In this document: piece after piece, positions 1-12,099 of the stretch
Layout of the letters: each line of letters opens with the position of its first letter
Position numbering within the stretch: position 1 is the first letter of the stretch
From: Geosiphon pyriformis uo1
Taxonomy: Eukaryota > Fungi > Glomeromycota
Reading direction: 5' to 3'
DNA: 64,000 nucleotides
NCBI GenBank assembly: GCA_016748015.1
Contig: JAAOMT010000324.1
Coordinates: 135,924-199,923 of the forward strand
Program-made: the position numbers and the translations under genes
The notes under the pieces: model-generated
Seen by the model: the letters and a program-made list of their open reading frames with translations, nothing else
What the model was told of the DNA's origin: nothing
The model's database searches: none

Positions 1-3000
1 ATACTAAAACTCTGATAGGAAAAATTGACAACTTTCTCTTCAAAATTGATGAAATTCAAATCTCTACCAAAGTGCTTATTATGGAGGCCACCCAATATCA
101 AGCCCTCATAGCAAATGATTGGTTAGCCAAAGCTAATACCACCATTAACTGAAACACACAAAAATTACAGATCACTTTTAACAGACAGCATGCACAAGTT
201 TTAACTACATGTGGACACTTTAAAGCTCAAAGCCCAAAAAAACTGCTGATTGAATTTGAAGACTCAATACCACCACCAACAATAGAAGCCTATCAAGTTT
301 TTTGGGCTGATGATTACTAAGCAGAGTTACTCCTACTACCAACTTGAGAAAAAAAAGGCAAGAGAAAAGCAAAAGAAGAACTACAATTAGCATCTGCAAG
401 TTTTTCTGCCCCAAGTCAAGGAAGTCAATAGTATTAAACCCTGAAATTAATTTGTGTCAACTGTGGAAAAAAGTTATCTTCTATGGGTGCATATATTGAA
501 GATGACAAAAAATGGCCAACTGCCACCAAATATTATTGCAGACCTTGTGTATTAGAAAAATTTGGTAGATTAAAACAACAAGATAAATGGGACAATACAC
601 TATGCTTTGTCTGTAACAAAATTTTGCCAGATGAAAAAATATGAAACAATATTTCCAGCAGAGAAAGAACATGTAACAAAGCATGTCAATACACTATTTT
701 GATCAATAATTGGGTACAAAAAGAAACCCCAATCGAGAATGTCTAGAGATAAGCACTCAATAAATTGGATAATTACCTGCACAATAAACACGAAATATAG
801 AGAATGGCAAGTGCCAAAGCTAAAGGTGCTACACTTGGTAAAATATGAAAAATCAAAAAAAATCTGTTTATACCAGAATATAGTGGACCTGACTACATTA
901 CAGAAGATTTCTTCACAGATAATCTAGATGCATTTCAAGATCAATACCAGAAATTGGTCTTAACTCGAGAAGAGCAAAAACAGTAATTAGCTAACCTAAA
1001 CATAAAACTGTGTGATTATTGTTTGATCCCTTATCACTTTTAGTACTGTGACAAATGTGATCTTATGTTCAATTCATCTCCAAGAAAACTATACCTGATT
1101 ACCAAACTACCTGAACCTGAGATAGAAGAGGAATTAATCACCAAGGACATGTTGTTTCAAGATCCAACTGAAGATACTAAAACAAAACAGTATTTCACTT
1201 ATCCAGATTTTTTTAAAGAATTAGAATTAAAATAGTACAGTAACAACAAGGAAAAAATCTATCCTGAAAGAGTACATAATATTGATGCTGGTTTTGACTT
1301 ATAATACTCCAAAAAATTATTTATAGTTATAGCCACATTCTCTTGTAAAAATAAATCTTAAGATAACATTAGAAATCCCTATTAGTAAAATAGTACAAGT
1401 TGCCTTTTGATTCAGCCTGGCCAAAAAAAAAATTGATGTAAAAGGAGGAATCATTGATGCCAAATATATAAAAAACATCATCATAATGCTACAAAACAAT
1501 TCAGACAAACTTTACAAAATAGAATCACAAGAAAAAATTGCCCAAGCTATTTTTCTATTTCTAGTCAAAGTACCACAATTAACCCCAGTAACAATTCAAA
1601 AAAAATTAGGTCTTACTGTCCAAGAAATCAATGAGTTTAGATTAAGTAGAAAAGGAAACATACCAGTTAACTTTACAGAGAAAAACAGTAACCAAATAAA
1701 ACTTATCTACACCAACATAGTTATTTCTATTCTCTTATATCAATAATACATCTTCAAAATAAATTGAAAGATCCAAGATCAAGTTCTGTTATTTGAAGCC
1801 AATCCTGAAATCTGTTCTTTAGCCAATATTGCTAACTTATATCTACTAGCCAAAGCTTATAAACACTTCAAAATCTCCATCCACAACTCTATAGAAGATG
1901 TTATTAAAATTCCCAAAGGGACTTTCATTGGTTTCATCTCACTAAACATTCAACATTCCAAAAAACCCCAGCCTATTTTAGATTTCACACAGCTATTTTT
2001 ATTCTGCAATATTACCTCACAAGTATGAAACTTGCTAAAAAAAAGTTACCTGTTTACATCAGAAGAAATTGACAAACTACACTTGGAAAACTTGAGTATT
2101 CTTCAACAAATGCAACTTAAGGTTTTCTTGAATTAATATGTTGATGTCTTTGCCAGCAAAAATGATTTCAGATACACTGACATTGTGAAATATCAGATTG
2201 ATATGAAAGATACACAACTTATTAAACAGCAGACCTACTAAGTACCTCTATTTGATAATAATTTAATTAAGCAAGAAATACAACAAATGCTTAACAATGG
2301 CTTGATTAAAGAATCACTAAGCCTTTAATCCTCTTCAGTGGTTCTGGTCACTAAGAAAAATGGGAAAATAAGATTTTATGTAGGCTATTAAAAGCTAAAC
2401 AGTATTACCTAAGAAAATAGTTACTTCACACTTTTTATTCAAGAAATTCTGAACAATTTAGGAAACAAAAAATGGTTCTCATCATTAAATCTAGCCAGTA
2501 AATATTGGCAGGTTGAAATGGATTTTAAAAACAAAGAAAAAATGGCATTTACTATCTGAAACAAAAACTTTAAGTTTAATGTAATGCCCTTTAAACTCTA
2601 TAATGCTCCTGCTATCTTTTAGCATTTTATGGATGTTATGTACAAAAAAATCTTGTAGAAATTAGTTGTAATATACCTAGACAATGCCAACATCTTTTTG
2701 GAAACATTCAATGATTACTTGCTCTATCTTTAGCAAGTTTTCAAATGCCTTCATAGTGCTAAATTGAAACTCAATCCCAATAAATGCTTTTTTGGAAAGA
2801 CCAAGTTGAAATTCCTAGAACATGTAATTGGCAAAAACAGAGTCAAACTTGATCCAGATAAGGTCCAAAAAGTCAAAAATTTTCCAGTTCCAATTAATCT
2901 TAGAGAATTACAAGAATTTTTAAAATTGGCAAAATACTATCAATAATTTGTCAAAAGATTCTTAACTATCACAAAACCACTTTACCAGTTGTTGTCCAAA

Positions 3001-3477
3001 CATGTACAGTATCTATAGAAAAAAGACCAATAAAAAGTATTTAACTATCTCAAACAGCAATTGATCACATTCCCAATTTTGATTTACCCAGATTTTACTA
3101 AATGATTCATTATTGCTACAGATACCTTAAAAAATGCTCTAAGAACAGTCTTATCACAAATAGAACCAGACAATAGAAAACATCTAATTGCTTACACCAG
3201 TCATAGCATTAGTTCAGCAGAAAAAAATTACAACACAACAGATTTAGAATGTCTCACCATTTATTAGGCCATACAGATATGGAAACACTATCTCAGTTTG
3301 TTTTTTGACTTATATACTGATCATAAAGAACTTGTTTGGTTACTCAACAATTCACAACTAGAGGGAAAATATGCAAGATAGAGTATTTATCTGCAACAAT
3401 TCTCACTTAAAGTTCATTACAAGAAAAAATCCAAAAACACCAATGCTGACAATTTGTTAAGAATACCACAAACCTAA
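1..3477 (+). pseudogene. pol fragment of element 1: protease end, Cys-rich region, dUTPase (~1255-1660), RT (~2200-2990), RNase H (to 3477)
   Basis: Motifs DAGFDL, GGIIDA, EKIAQAIFL, YLDN (from YLDD), NADNLLRIPQT*; many transition-derived stops. Confidence 0.88.
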
Positions 3478-3576
3478 TCCCAGACTTATAGACACAACTA
3501 ATTACTACCGACTACATCAATACCTATTGACACTACATTTTAAGAAGATATTATCTTAACAAAAACAGAATACCAT

Positions 3577-4000
3577 TGTTACAGAGGATTATTTCTGCTG
3601 TTGAAGTAAATAACAACCCATAACTTGGTGCTCATGAAGCTACTTCTATTGATGAGATTCTGTGAGCATTATATCTGAAGATTTTGATGGAGTCCTTTGT
3701 ATAATGGACAGAGATTCAATAGTTGTTTTATCCATAGCTTCCCAGACTTGCAAGTTTGTCAATTCTTTTCTCGGCTTGGTGGCCAGCAATCCTCTGGTAA
3801 GTAATCCGTATCTTCTGTACATGTCCTACCCTCTCGCAGAGGTCTTTTACCAGGCAATCTTTGATGTCAGTAATCAGCACTTTTCAATCAATGGATTAGT
3901 GCACAATAATAAATCAAAATAAAATAAAGAAAAATAAGAAAAAAAGAAAAAAAGAAAAGAAATAAGCCAAGAAAATTTGCAAATTAGTATCCCATCAATA
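3577..4000 (-). repeat. Truncated 3' LTR of element 2 (U5 side only)
   Basis: Matches 12100-12521 apart from transitions; homology stops at CCCATCAATA (4000). Confidence 0.9.
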
Positions 4001-4214
4001 ATAACTCTTTTGTCAATTCTTTTATTGCTAATTTTACTTTCACCATGATTTTGTCCACCGTATTTTCAGTTTTCTTTGGTGTTCTGAGTTGTAATGTCTT
4101 TCTAGTATCTTGATATCGAATGGTTTGTTGGTTGATTGTAATCTCCATTTCCTGGTGTTGGATTAATTGAAAGAGTTGTTGTGCTAGTGTGTGAATGTTG
4201 TCTGTAATTTCCAT
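4001..4214 (-). pseudogene. ORF3 of element 2, 5' part (truncated by deletion)
   Basis: MEITDNIHTLAQQLFQLIQHQEMEITINQQTIRYQ, homologous to the ORF3 starts at 20424 and 40123. Confidence 0.7.
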
Positions 4215-4268
4215 TTTTCTGATATTTCCTGTCACGTCTACCATGTCTTTATATATTCTTTTGATTAA

Positions 4269-5644
4269 TCAATTTAACATGTTGTTGTTAATAATAACTA
4301 TTGGTTCCAGATCTTGTGGAATCTCATCTGGTCGGACTAGTATTCTCTGTACTCCTAATTGTGAAATATTACTGGTAGATGGTAGTGTGATGTCACAATA
4401 TGGCTTCAGTTGATCTCTATGTGTTGCTTTGGTTAAAATTTTGTTATCCAATCTTAATTTGTAAGCTTCATTTCCTAGAATTTCTTTTATGTGAAATGGT
4501 CCATCCTATTTGGGGTTGAATTTTCCACTCCATTGTTTTTCCGCTTTGGTATGATGTAGTAATACTTTGTCTCCAATCTTGAATTCAACTGGTTTGTCTG
4601 GTAGTTGTGTTTTTCTTTTTGTTTTTCTTGTGACTTTTGAATATTATCAGCTGCTCTTCTTCATTTGTTTTCCAATGTTTCCATTAAGTCATATGTTCTT
4701 CTCAGCAATGTTTCTTGAAAATTTTCTTCTGTTATTGGTTCAGCTAGATATGTATTAATTTTTCTCTTCACTAGTAACATTGCTGTTCTCCCATATACTA
4801 ATTCAAATAGTGTTGCTTGTATAGTATTTTGTTTCATTGTTTGATAAGCAAATAGTACTGATGGTATGAACAAATCCCAATCGTTCTGGTTTTTTTGGCT
4901 GAGCTTAGCTATTGCTTTATACAGTGTTCTATTGAATCTTTCTACTAATCCGTTGGTTTGTGGATGGTATGATGATAATAATGGTCTCTTGATTCCGAAT
5001 TTTTGGCTCAATTTTGTTAATGTTTTGTTTACAAAATGAGTTCTTTGGTCTGATAATAATTCTTTTGGACATCCATGTCGACAAATCAAATTCTAATGAA
5101 CAAATTTGGCAATGGATTCTGCATCTGCTCTTTGAATTGCTTTTGCCTCTGGTCATTTAGTAAGATAGTCCATAGCTACCACTATGTATCTGTTTCCTCT
5201 GCTGGTGATTGTTAATGGTCTGACTAAATCAATTCCAATACAGTCAAATGGTTGTACCACTTTGATTGATCTTAATGGTTCACTGGGTCTTGTTTCTTCT
5301 TTTCACTGACAAGCATCACAATTTTGAACATATTGAATGATGTCTGGGTACATTGATGGCCAATAGTATTTCTTTCTGGTTCTTTCTATGGTTGCTTCTT
5401 TGTGAAAATGTTTTGCTGTTGGATTTGAGTGCATGTTGAATAATATTGTCTCTTTTTCTGGCTCCATAATTACTGTGGTTGGTTAATCTGGATCTCTTCT
5501 ATTTTTTTGATAAAGTATATTTTGGTAAGTGATAAAATATTTTGATTGTTGTTTGATACTCTTTCGTTTTGTTTGAGATAAATTCTCTTTGAATTGTTGA
5601 ATGTTTATATAATGTTGCAATTGTTGATATTTTTGTATATTCAT
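4269..5644 (-). pseudogene. Integrase of element 2 (HHCC, DDE core, GPF motif, no chromodomain seen)
   Basis: Starts MNIQKYQQLQHY; HSNP..H and CDAC zinc motif; LSDQRTHF; NGLVERFN; DGPFHI. Confidence 0.88.
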
Positions 5645-5707
5645 CTTTTGTTGTATTTTTCTGTTGGTATTGTTCTGGTTTTGTTATATTTTTGGGTTGA
5701 AATGTTC

Positions 5708-8700
5708 TTAGATTTGTCCTATTCACGATAAACCGTCCGCATTTCCATTGTTTTTTCCTTTTTTATAATGTATAGTATACTTATATGATGCAAGTGCCAT
5801 TTTCCATCTTGACTGTTTTCTATCTCCAAATTCTTGTTTTTGAAGTGATATTAATCCTTTGTGATCTGTGTACACCTCAAATTTCTGGCTCAAATATTTT
5901 TTCCATTTCATAACTGACTAGTATATTGCTAAGTGTTCTTTTTCTGGTGTTCTATAGTTCTTTTCGGCCAGTGTTAAACCTCTGCTGGTATATGCCACTG
6001 AATGTTCTCTGCTGTCTAGTCTTTTTTAAGATAGTACTGCTTTTAATGCCTGGCCAGATGCATCTGTGGTGATAATAAATGGTTTGCTGTAATCTGGATA
6101 GATCAGTACTGGAGCTTGTATAAGCTTTCTTTTTAGAATATCAAAAGCTTTTTGTTGACTTTCAGTTCATTCATATTTTGTATTTTTGTTTTGCAGTTGG
6201 TTGAGTGGCTGCACTATCTTGGAAAAGTTTTTGATAAAATGTTGATAGTAGCTGGCGAATCCCAAGAATGATTTCAGTTCTGTTATATTGGTCAGCACTG
6301 AAAAGTTTTTTACTATCTCTATTTTCTCCAGATCCGTTTTGATGCCATTTTTGCTGACTATGTGTCCTAAGAATTTTAGTTCTGTCTTGCCGAAGAAGCA
6401 CTTTGTTGCATTTAACTTTAGTCCTGCTCTTCTTAGTCTTTCGAACACTTGTTGAAGATGATGAAAATGATCATCAAACGTTTTTGAGAATACATTGGTG
6501 TTGTTCAAGTATACAACTACTGATTTTCACAATAAGCCAATATAAACAATTTCCATTAGCCGTTGGAAAGTTGCTGGGGCATTGGTTAAGCCGAATGACA
6601 TCACTTCAAATTCGAAATTCTTTTTTCTAATAGTAAATGCTGTCTTCTCTTTGTCAGCTGGATTCATGGCTACTTGCCAGTAACTGCTGTCCAAATCTAA
6701 TGTTAAGAGCCATTTGTTCCCACTGAAAGCATCGAATAATTCCTGTATTCATGGAGTTGGATAACTGTCTCCACAAGTTACACCATTGAGTTTCCTGTAG
6801 TCTACACAAAACCGGATTTTTCTATTCTTCTTATGGATGAGTACCACTGGTGATGACCATGGGCTCATTGATAGTTGAATTAGCCCCATTGTCAAGCATT
6901 CTGTTTATTTCTTGACAAATGATTTCATGGCTGGCTGGTGGTACTCTGTATGCTTTTTGTTTGATTGGCATTGTATCTCCAGTCTTGATCTGATGCTGGA
7001 TGATGTCAGTTCAGCCAAACTCATTTTCACTGGCAAAGATGTCATTAAAATTGTTGAGTAACATTTTGAGCTACATACATTGAAGTGGATCTAAGTTTCC
7101 TATGTTCATTTGTTCCAATTGTTTTGGTTGGAGCAAATAACATTCATCTCGTTCATAGATTGTTTGTGATGTGATGTTAACATATCCACAAAGTTGTGGA
7201 AAGTCTAAAATGGGGTTTGGTGGTTGGTCTTCTATTTCTGTGGTTACATATCTGATGGTGATTCCTTCTGGTATGTTGATGACATTACCAGTGTTGTTGT
7301 AGATAAGAATTTTTATGCTGCTATAGCTTTTGGCTGGTATGTGGAGATTGATTAACCCAATCTCTTCTGATTTACAAAGGTTTGCTTCAGCTTCAAAAAT
7401 TTGTCCTTGCTTCTTTTCTTTCCTTCCTATTGTTAACATGTACTGGCTATATGGTGGAATGGAAATAGCTTGACCAGTTGAGATAATTTCTTCTTGGCCA
7501 ACAATTTCTTCCTCTGCCATATTAACTGGTACATCTATTCTACCCATTGATCCAAATCCCTGTATTCTTCTCACTGTTATTCTTAATTCCTCTCTCTTTT
7601 CCACTAATACTAACTGAGCTACTCTAACCACAAGCAGAAATATTGTCTGTGCTATTTTTTCATTGAGCTCTATTATGTAGGCCTTTTTTGAGTCATTTTG
7701 TAGCATAGCGATGATATTTTCTACATATTCTGTGTTAATTATTTCTCCTCTTATATTGATCTCTCTTTTTGCTAAACTACTCCTAGATGTTAATTGAACT
7801 ATTGTTGTTGCCAGAATTTCTAGTGCTATTTTCAGATCAATGCAGATGTGTGAATGCGGTTCCAATTTGATGGCATTATTTCCTGGATATCTCAGATCAA
7901 ACCCTGCGTCCGTATAATGCACATGTTCTGGCATAATACCTTCTCCATTGTCACTATACCATTTCAACTCTTGTTCCTTGGAAAGATCTGGTAGTGCAAT
8001 GTATTGTTTATGGTTTAAATCAGAGTTTGAATCTGAGTTGGAATCATTTTTGTTGTCATTGTCATTTTGAACAGAGCTGGAACCGATGTTTTTGTCATTA
8101 TCGTTGGAGTCTGAATCGCAATTGATCAGCAATTCTGATTCCGATGCACAGCTGCTGATTGGTTTTTCTTCTTCAGGGATCAAGTAGATTATGCGTGGTG
8201 GTAGATTGTAAAGGAGGTCACAATCATCACAATATTCAAAGTCACTGAGAATTAAACAATGGCGACACAGTCTTGTATTCAACTGTGCTAGCCATTGTTC
8301 TTGCTCTTTTCTAGTGGGTGCCAAGTTTTGGTAGTGTTCATGGAACTCTTCAGGTTCCAGAGAATTTATGGCTGGCTTTGCATTCCAGTTAAGCTCGATG
8401 AGTTCTGGTAAGTTGTTTTTGATTTCTCTGATTTCTTTGGGTGTTGCTCCTTCTATTTTGGCGATTGCCATTCTCCACAATTTGTTGTCATCGTGTGGAC
8501 AACTGTCTAGTCACTGCACGGCTCTTCTCCAGGCTGCTTCTATTGGGGTTCTTTTCCTTATCCAGTCACTTATTAAAATTGTGTATTAACACAACACGTC
8601 ACACGTTCCTTCACGTCCTGGGATGTTGTTCCACATCCCTTCATCTAGTAGGGTCTCCCCACAAGTGAGACAAGATTGGTTATCCCATTTTCCTTGCCTC

Positions 8701-11700
8701 TTTGGTTGTTCAAAGCATTCAAATAAGCATGGATGACAGTAAAACTTTGTTGTGGTGTGGTATTCTTCATCATTGCCACAGCATGCGCCTATTGACAACA
8801 GTTTCTTACCGCAATTGACACATACCAGCCTTGGCCATTGATAATTGGATTGTTGTAGAGTGTGGTGGATGTAGGAATTATAACTGTTGGTCGTTGGTGG
8901 TGTTCTTTCTTCCTTTTCTTTTCTTTTTCCCTTATCTTCATTCCATTCCCGACTTGAGGCTTCTTCTTGTTTATTATTGGTCCAAGTCAGATCGTTGGTT
9001 TCCCAGGTAAGTTCCTTTCTTTGCTTTCCCTTAGGGTTGTCGTCTCACAATAGTACTGGTGGTAGTTCGTAGTGGTCTTTGTTATTGGTCCCAGCATCAA
9101 TAGTGGTTTTACAGGTAGGTTTTTTTCCATTGTTATTGTCGTCCTAGGCGAGTATTAATGGCAGCTCGTTGTGGTCGGCGTTGGCCCATGAAACTTGGTA
9201 CACTTCCCAGGTAAGTTTCTTTTTCTCTTTCTCTAGTTTGATCAATAGTTTCTCTTTTGGAGGAGTCTTGAAATAACCACACGTGGCCGGTACACATATG
9301 TGTTGGCCCTGATATGTTAGCTGGAGTTCCTGGGTGTTCCAGTCTAACATTACGTTGACTTTGAATAGCCAGTCATTACCAATGAGAGCTTGATATTGAG
9401 TGGCTTTCATTACTAGAACTTTAATAGGAGTCACAATACCATTGACTTCGAAAGAGAAGTCATCGATTTCGCTGATTGGAGTTTTGGTTGCTCCATCAGC
9501 TGTAATGACTCTGGCGCTGGCAGCTCAATCAACTCGGCAACCTAATTAATCCATGAGTTGTCGTGTGATGATACTGCCTGCTGAACCGCTATTGAGAATC
9601 AATTTGATGGATTGACCATCAACCTTAGCATTTGTGTACATCGCAGTGATGGGTTTTTCATCAAGAGTGGCTCCACTAAATAATGGTGTACTTGACAGTT
9701 CTTCGATCTCAAATGGGAAGATGGCGGCTAGTAATTCGTTGTTGGTAACTGTTGCTGACAGAATATTGCTAATAAGTGTTTGTTGTTTTTGGATGGGTTC
9801 TTGGTTGCTAGTTGAGGCATCTTCTGGGGTAACCAGGAGACTTAAATAGTGTTGGGAAGTCAGGTTTTGGGTGGCACCTGTACCCAAATTCCGAGAACGG
9901 GGTCTTAAGCTCTGGTGAGAGGAGCTGGGGACCGGTTAATAAACAATCATTGCCGATCTCCAATTTTGAGCAATTCTGGGTCTTGGGTTTCTTGCTGTCA
10001 TCGTAGCTGAGTTTTGGAGCAGTGTTTGGATTGATGGTTGAGACCAATAAATTATTTGGGGCTGTGGCTGATAAATTACTGGAGGTTGCTGTTAATAAAT
10101 TGCTGAAGGCTGCTGTTGATAAATTGATATACTGGCAGTTGATAAATTGGTTGCTGCGTCATTGGCAAGTAAGTAGTTTGATATTGGTCTTGATTTTGAT
10201 TCAAATAACAATTCGGAGTTTGGAACTGGCAATTGGGATTTCTGTATTGATTTTTCAATCATTGGTTGCTATAAGTATGGCAATTAACTCGAATATGGTC
10301 TTGTTTACCATAGTTATGACAGACACGCATTTCCAGCTGCCATGGTGGACTAGGTGTAGTCAAAGATAATAACCGTGATTGATTTTGGAAATGATTTGCA
10401 TTTCCTGAATTATGGCATCGTTGTGGTATTTGATATATGGCGCGATTGTCAGCTAAGTATTCCTCTAGTTTCTGATTAATTGACTTACTGAATTGTTTCA
10501 GTTTGGAGTCCAATTTAGATGATCCATTCATTACTAGGTTTACTGCTTGGGCATGGTTGGCTTCTAACTTAGCTGTTTCAAAATCTCTGGCATGTATAAC
10601 TGCGGTAGGGAGGTCAACTGGATGCATTGGGCGTACTCACTGGAAAAGGTTACTGCACAAATCTCTAATAAATTGGTTTAAAATCTGTGGTGCTGTAAAA
10701 TAGTCAGCTTGAATTGCTTGGATCTGGTGTAGGTTTCTATGGAAGCATCTTAGGTAAGTGGTAACTGCTTCAGTATCTCCTTGTTTGATGGTGGTGAAAA
10801 GATTGGCTAATTTGTTGATACTATTATTGTTGCTGAAATATCTTATGAATTCCATCTTGAAGTTGTTGAAGTTTTGGGGTTTAACAGCTAGACTTTAATA
10901 CTATGCATCTGTGGTGTCTTTTAAAAAGTATGGGATGGCTTGAAGTGCTCGGGCGTTATTTCATCCGTTCACAGTGATGGCTTTCTCTATGTCATTCAGC
11001 CATACTTGTACATTGTCTTCTTTGCCAGTAAAGTTGTTAAGTTTTGCAATTGGTGCATAGGCCATTGGATCTAAGTTGGGTTGTTGTGGTGGCTGTTGAA
11101 GTGGTTGTTGTTGTACTGATTGTTGGGGTAGTAGTTGAAATGGCTGTTGTATGGGTTTGGCTACTGGATTAATTGGCAGTTGATCGATGATAATTACTGG
11201 AGGTAAGTTTTATTGATTACTTAATTTGGGGTTTGGATTGTTCTGCCTTTGATGATTCGGGGTTTCAATTTCCAAATTTTCTAGATTTAGACTTTGCTGA
11301 GCTTGAAAATTTGGGGTTTCAACTTCTGGGTTTTCAGTGATCAGGTTTTGATAAGTAAATTTTTGATCTTCCAATTCTTCTTCTTCTTCTTCAGATAGTT
11401 CCCATAGGGTAGCAATTCCAAAGTCCAGTTGAGGCGACAGTGATCGAATTTCTGATGGAGTTGGTGATCGTGATTTAAATCCTTTAAAATACACTCCATA
11501 TGGCCCTAGTAAATCTTCTTTTTGTTGTTTGCTTTGGAACTAGAATCTTCCAATTGTTAATATTGCATTTGAGATGGACGTGTCTGCTGATGAGATGTTG
11601 ATGGTGCTTCCAAGTGTGTAGTGATATAATGAAGTGGTTGGTGATTTTACTCTGTGCTTCTTCCAACTAGGTAACTGTATTCCTTTTGGTGTTGCTGCTG

Positions 11701-12040
11701 GTGTTTGTATTCTTTCTTTACCTTTGTCTGCATAGATAATAGGAAATTGTTGTTGAGTGTATCTTTCAATAGTCTGGTTGATTTCTCTGATTATTGGTGC
11801 AAAACTATAGTTCCTTGGTAAGTTGGTGTGTTGGAATAATTCTGTGTAAAAGTTTTCTCTTGCTACTTCAATGTTAACTGTTCTTCCTAAGCATTCAGTG
11901 ATTTTGTCATTGACATAAAAATTGAAGGCTGATTTGGCTGGATAATGATTACTGTTTAATTCTAATTGTTGGCTGTATTGTTGAAACAAGGATTTTGCGA
12001 ATCCTAAATGGTTTGCTCCTATATTTTCTGATTCTGCCAT
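5708..12040 (-). pseudogene. gag-pol of element 2: Gag with CCHC knuckle, aspartic protease, Cys-rich insert, dUTPase, RT, RNase H
   Basis: MAESENIG start; Gag core (MEFIRYFS..IKQGDTEAVTTYL); CHNYGKQDHIRVNC; LILNSGSAGSII (from LILDSG); DAGFDLRY..SRSS..GFGSMG; YLNNTNVF; YTDHKGL..NADGLS. Confidence 0.92.
7542..7970 (-). pseudogene. dut: dUTPase domain inside Gypsy pol
   Basis: Motifs I AGFDL, II SRSS, III GEIINTEY (GIINAGYTG at 36630-36656), IV EKIAQ, V RRIQGFGSMG. Confidence 0.88.
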
Positions 12041-12080
12041 ATTTAGATTTGGGTTGGTACTGGTTCTCTGTAGGATTATA

Positions 12081-12097
12081 CCTCACAAGGAGCACCA
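12081..12097 (-). promoter_or_regulatory. Primer-binding site of element 2 (TGGTGCTCCTTGTGAGG), probably tRNA-Ile(UAU)
   Basis: 2 nt from the 5' LTR end; the plus strand reads CCTCACAAGGAGCACCA, like a eukaryotic Ile-TAT tRNA 3' end plus CCA. The tRNA identity is inferred. Confidence 0.75.
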
Positions 12098-12099
12098 AA

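Noticed and set aside
3645-3823. 57-58 codon sense ORF (MYRRYGLLTR...) and 86-aa antisense ORF inside the LTR U5
   Set aside because: Open only in the two LTRs of element 2; the solo LTR and element 3 LTRs have indels and no start codon, which fits RNA structure rather than coding.
9808-10258. Programmed gag/pol frameshift
   Set aside because: Element 3 has Gag CCHC and protease in one frame; the shift in element 2 maps to an indel in the Gln/Pro repeat.
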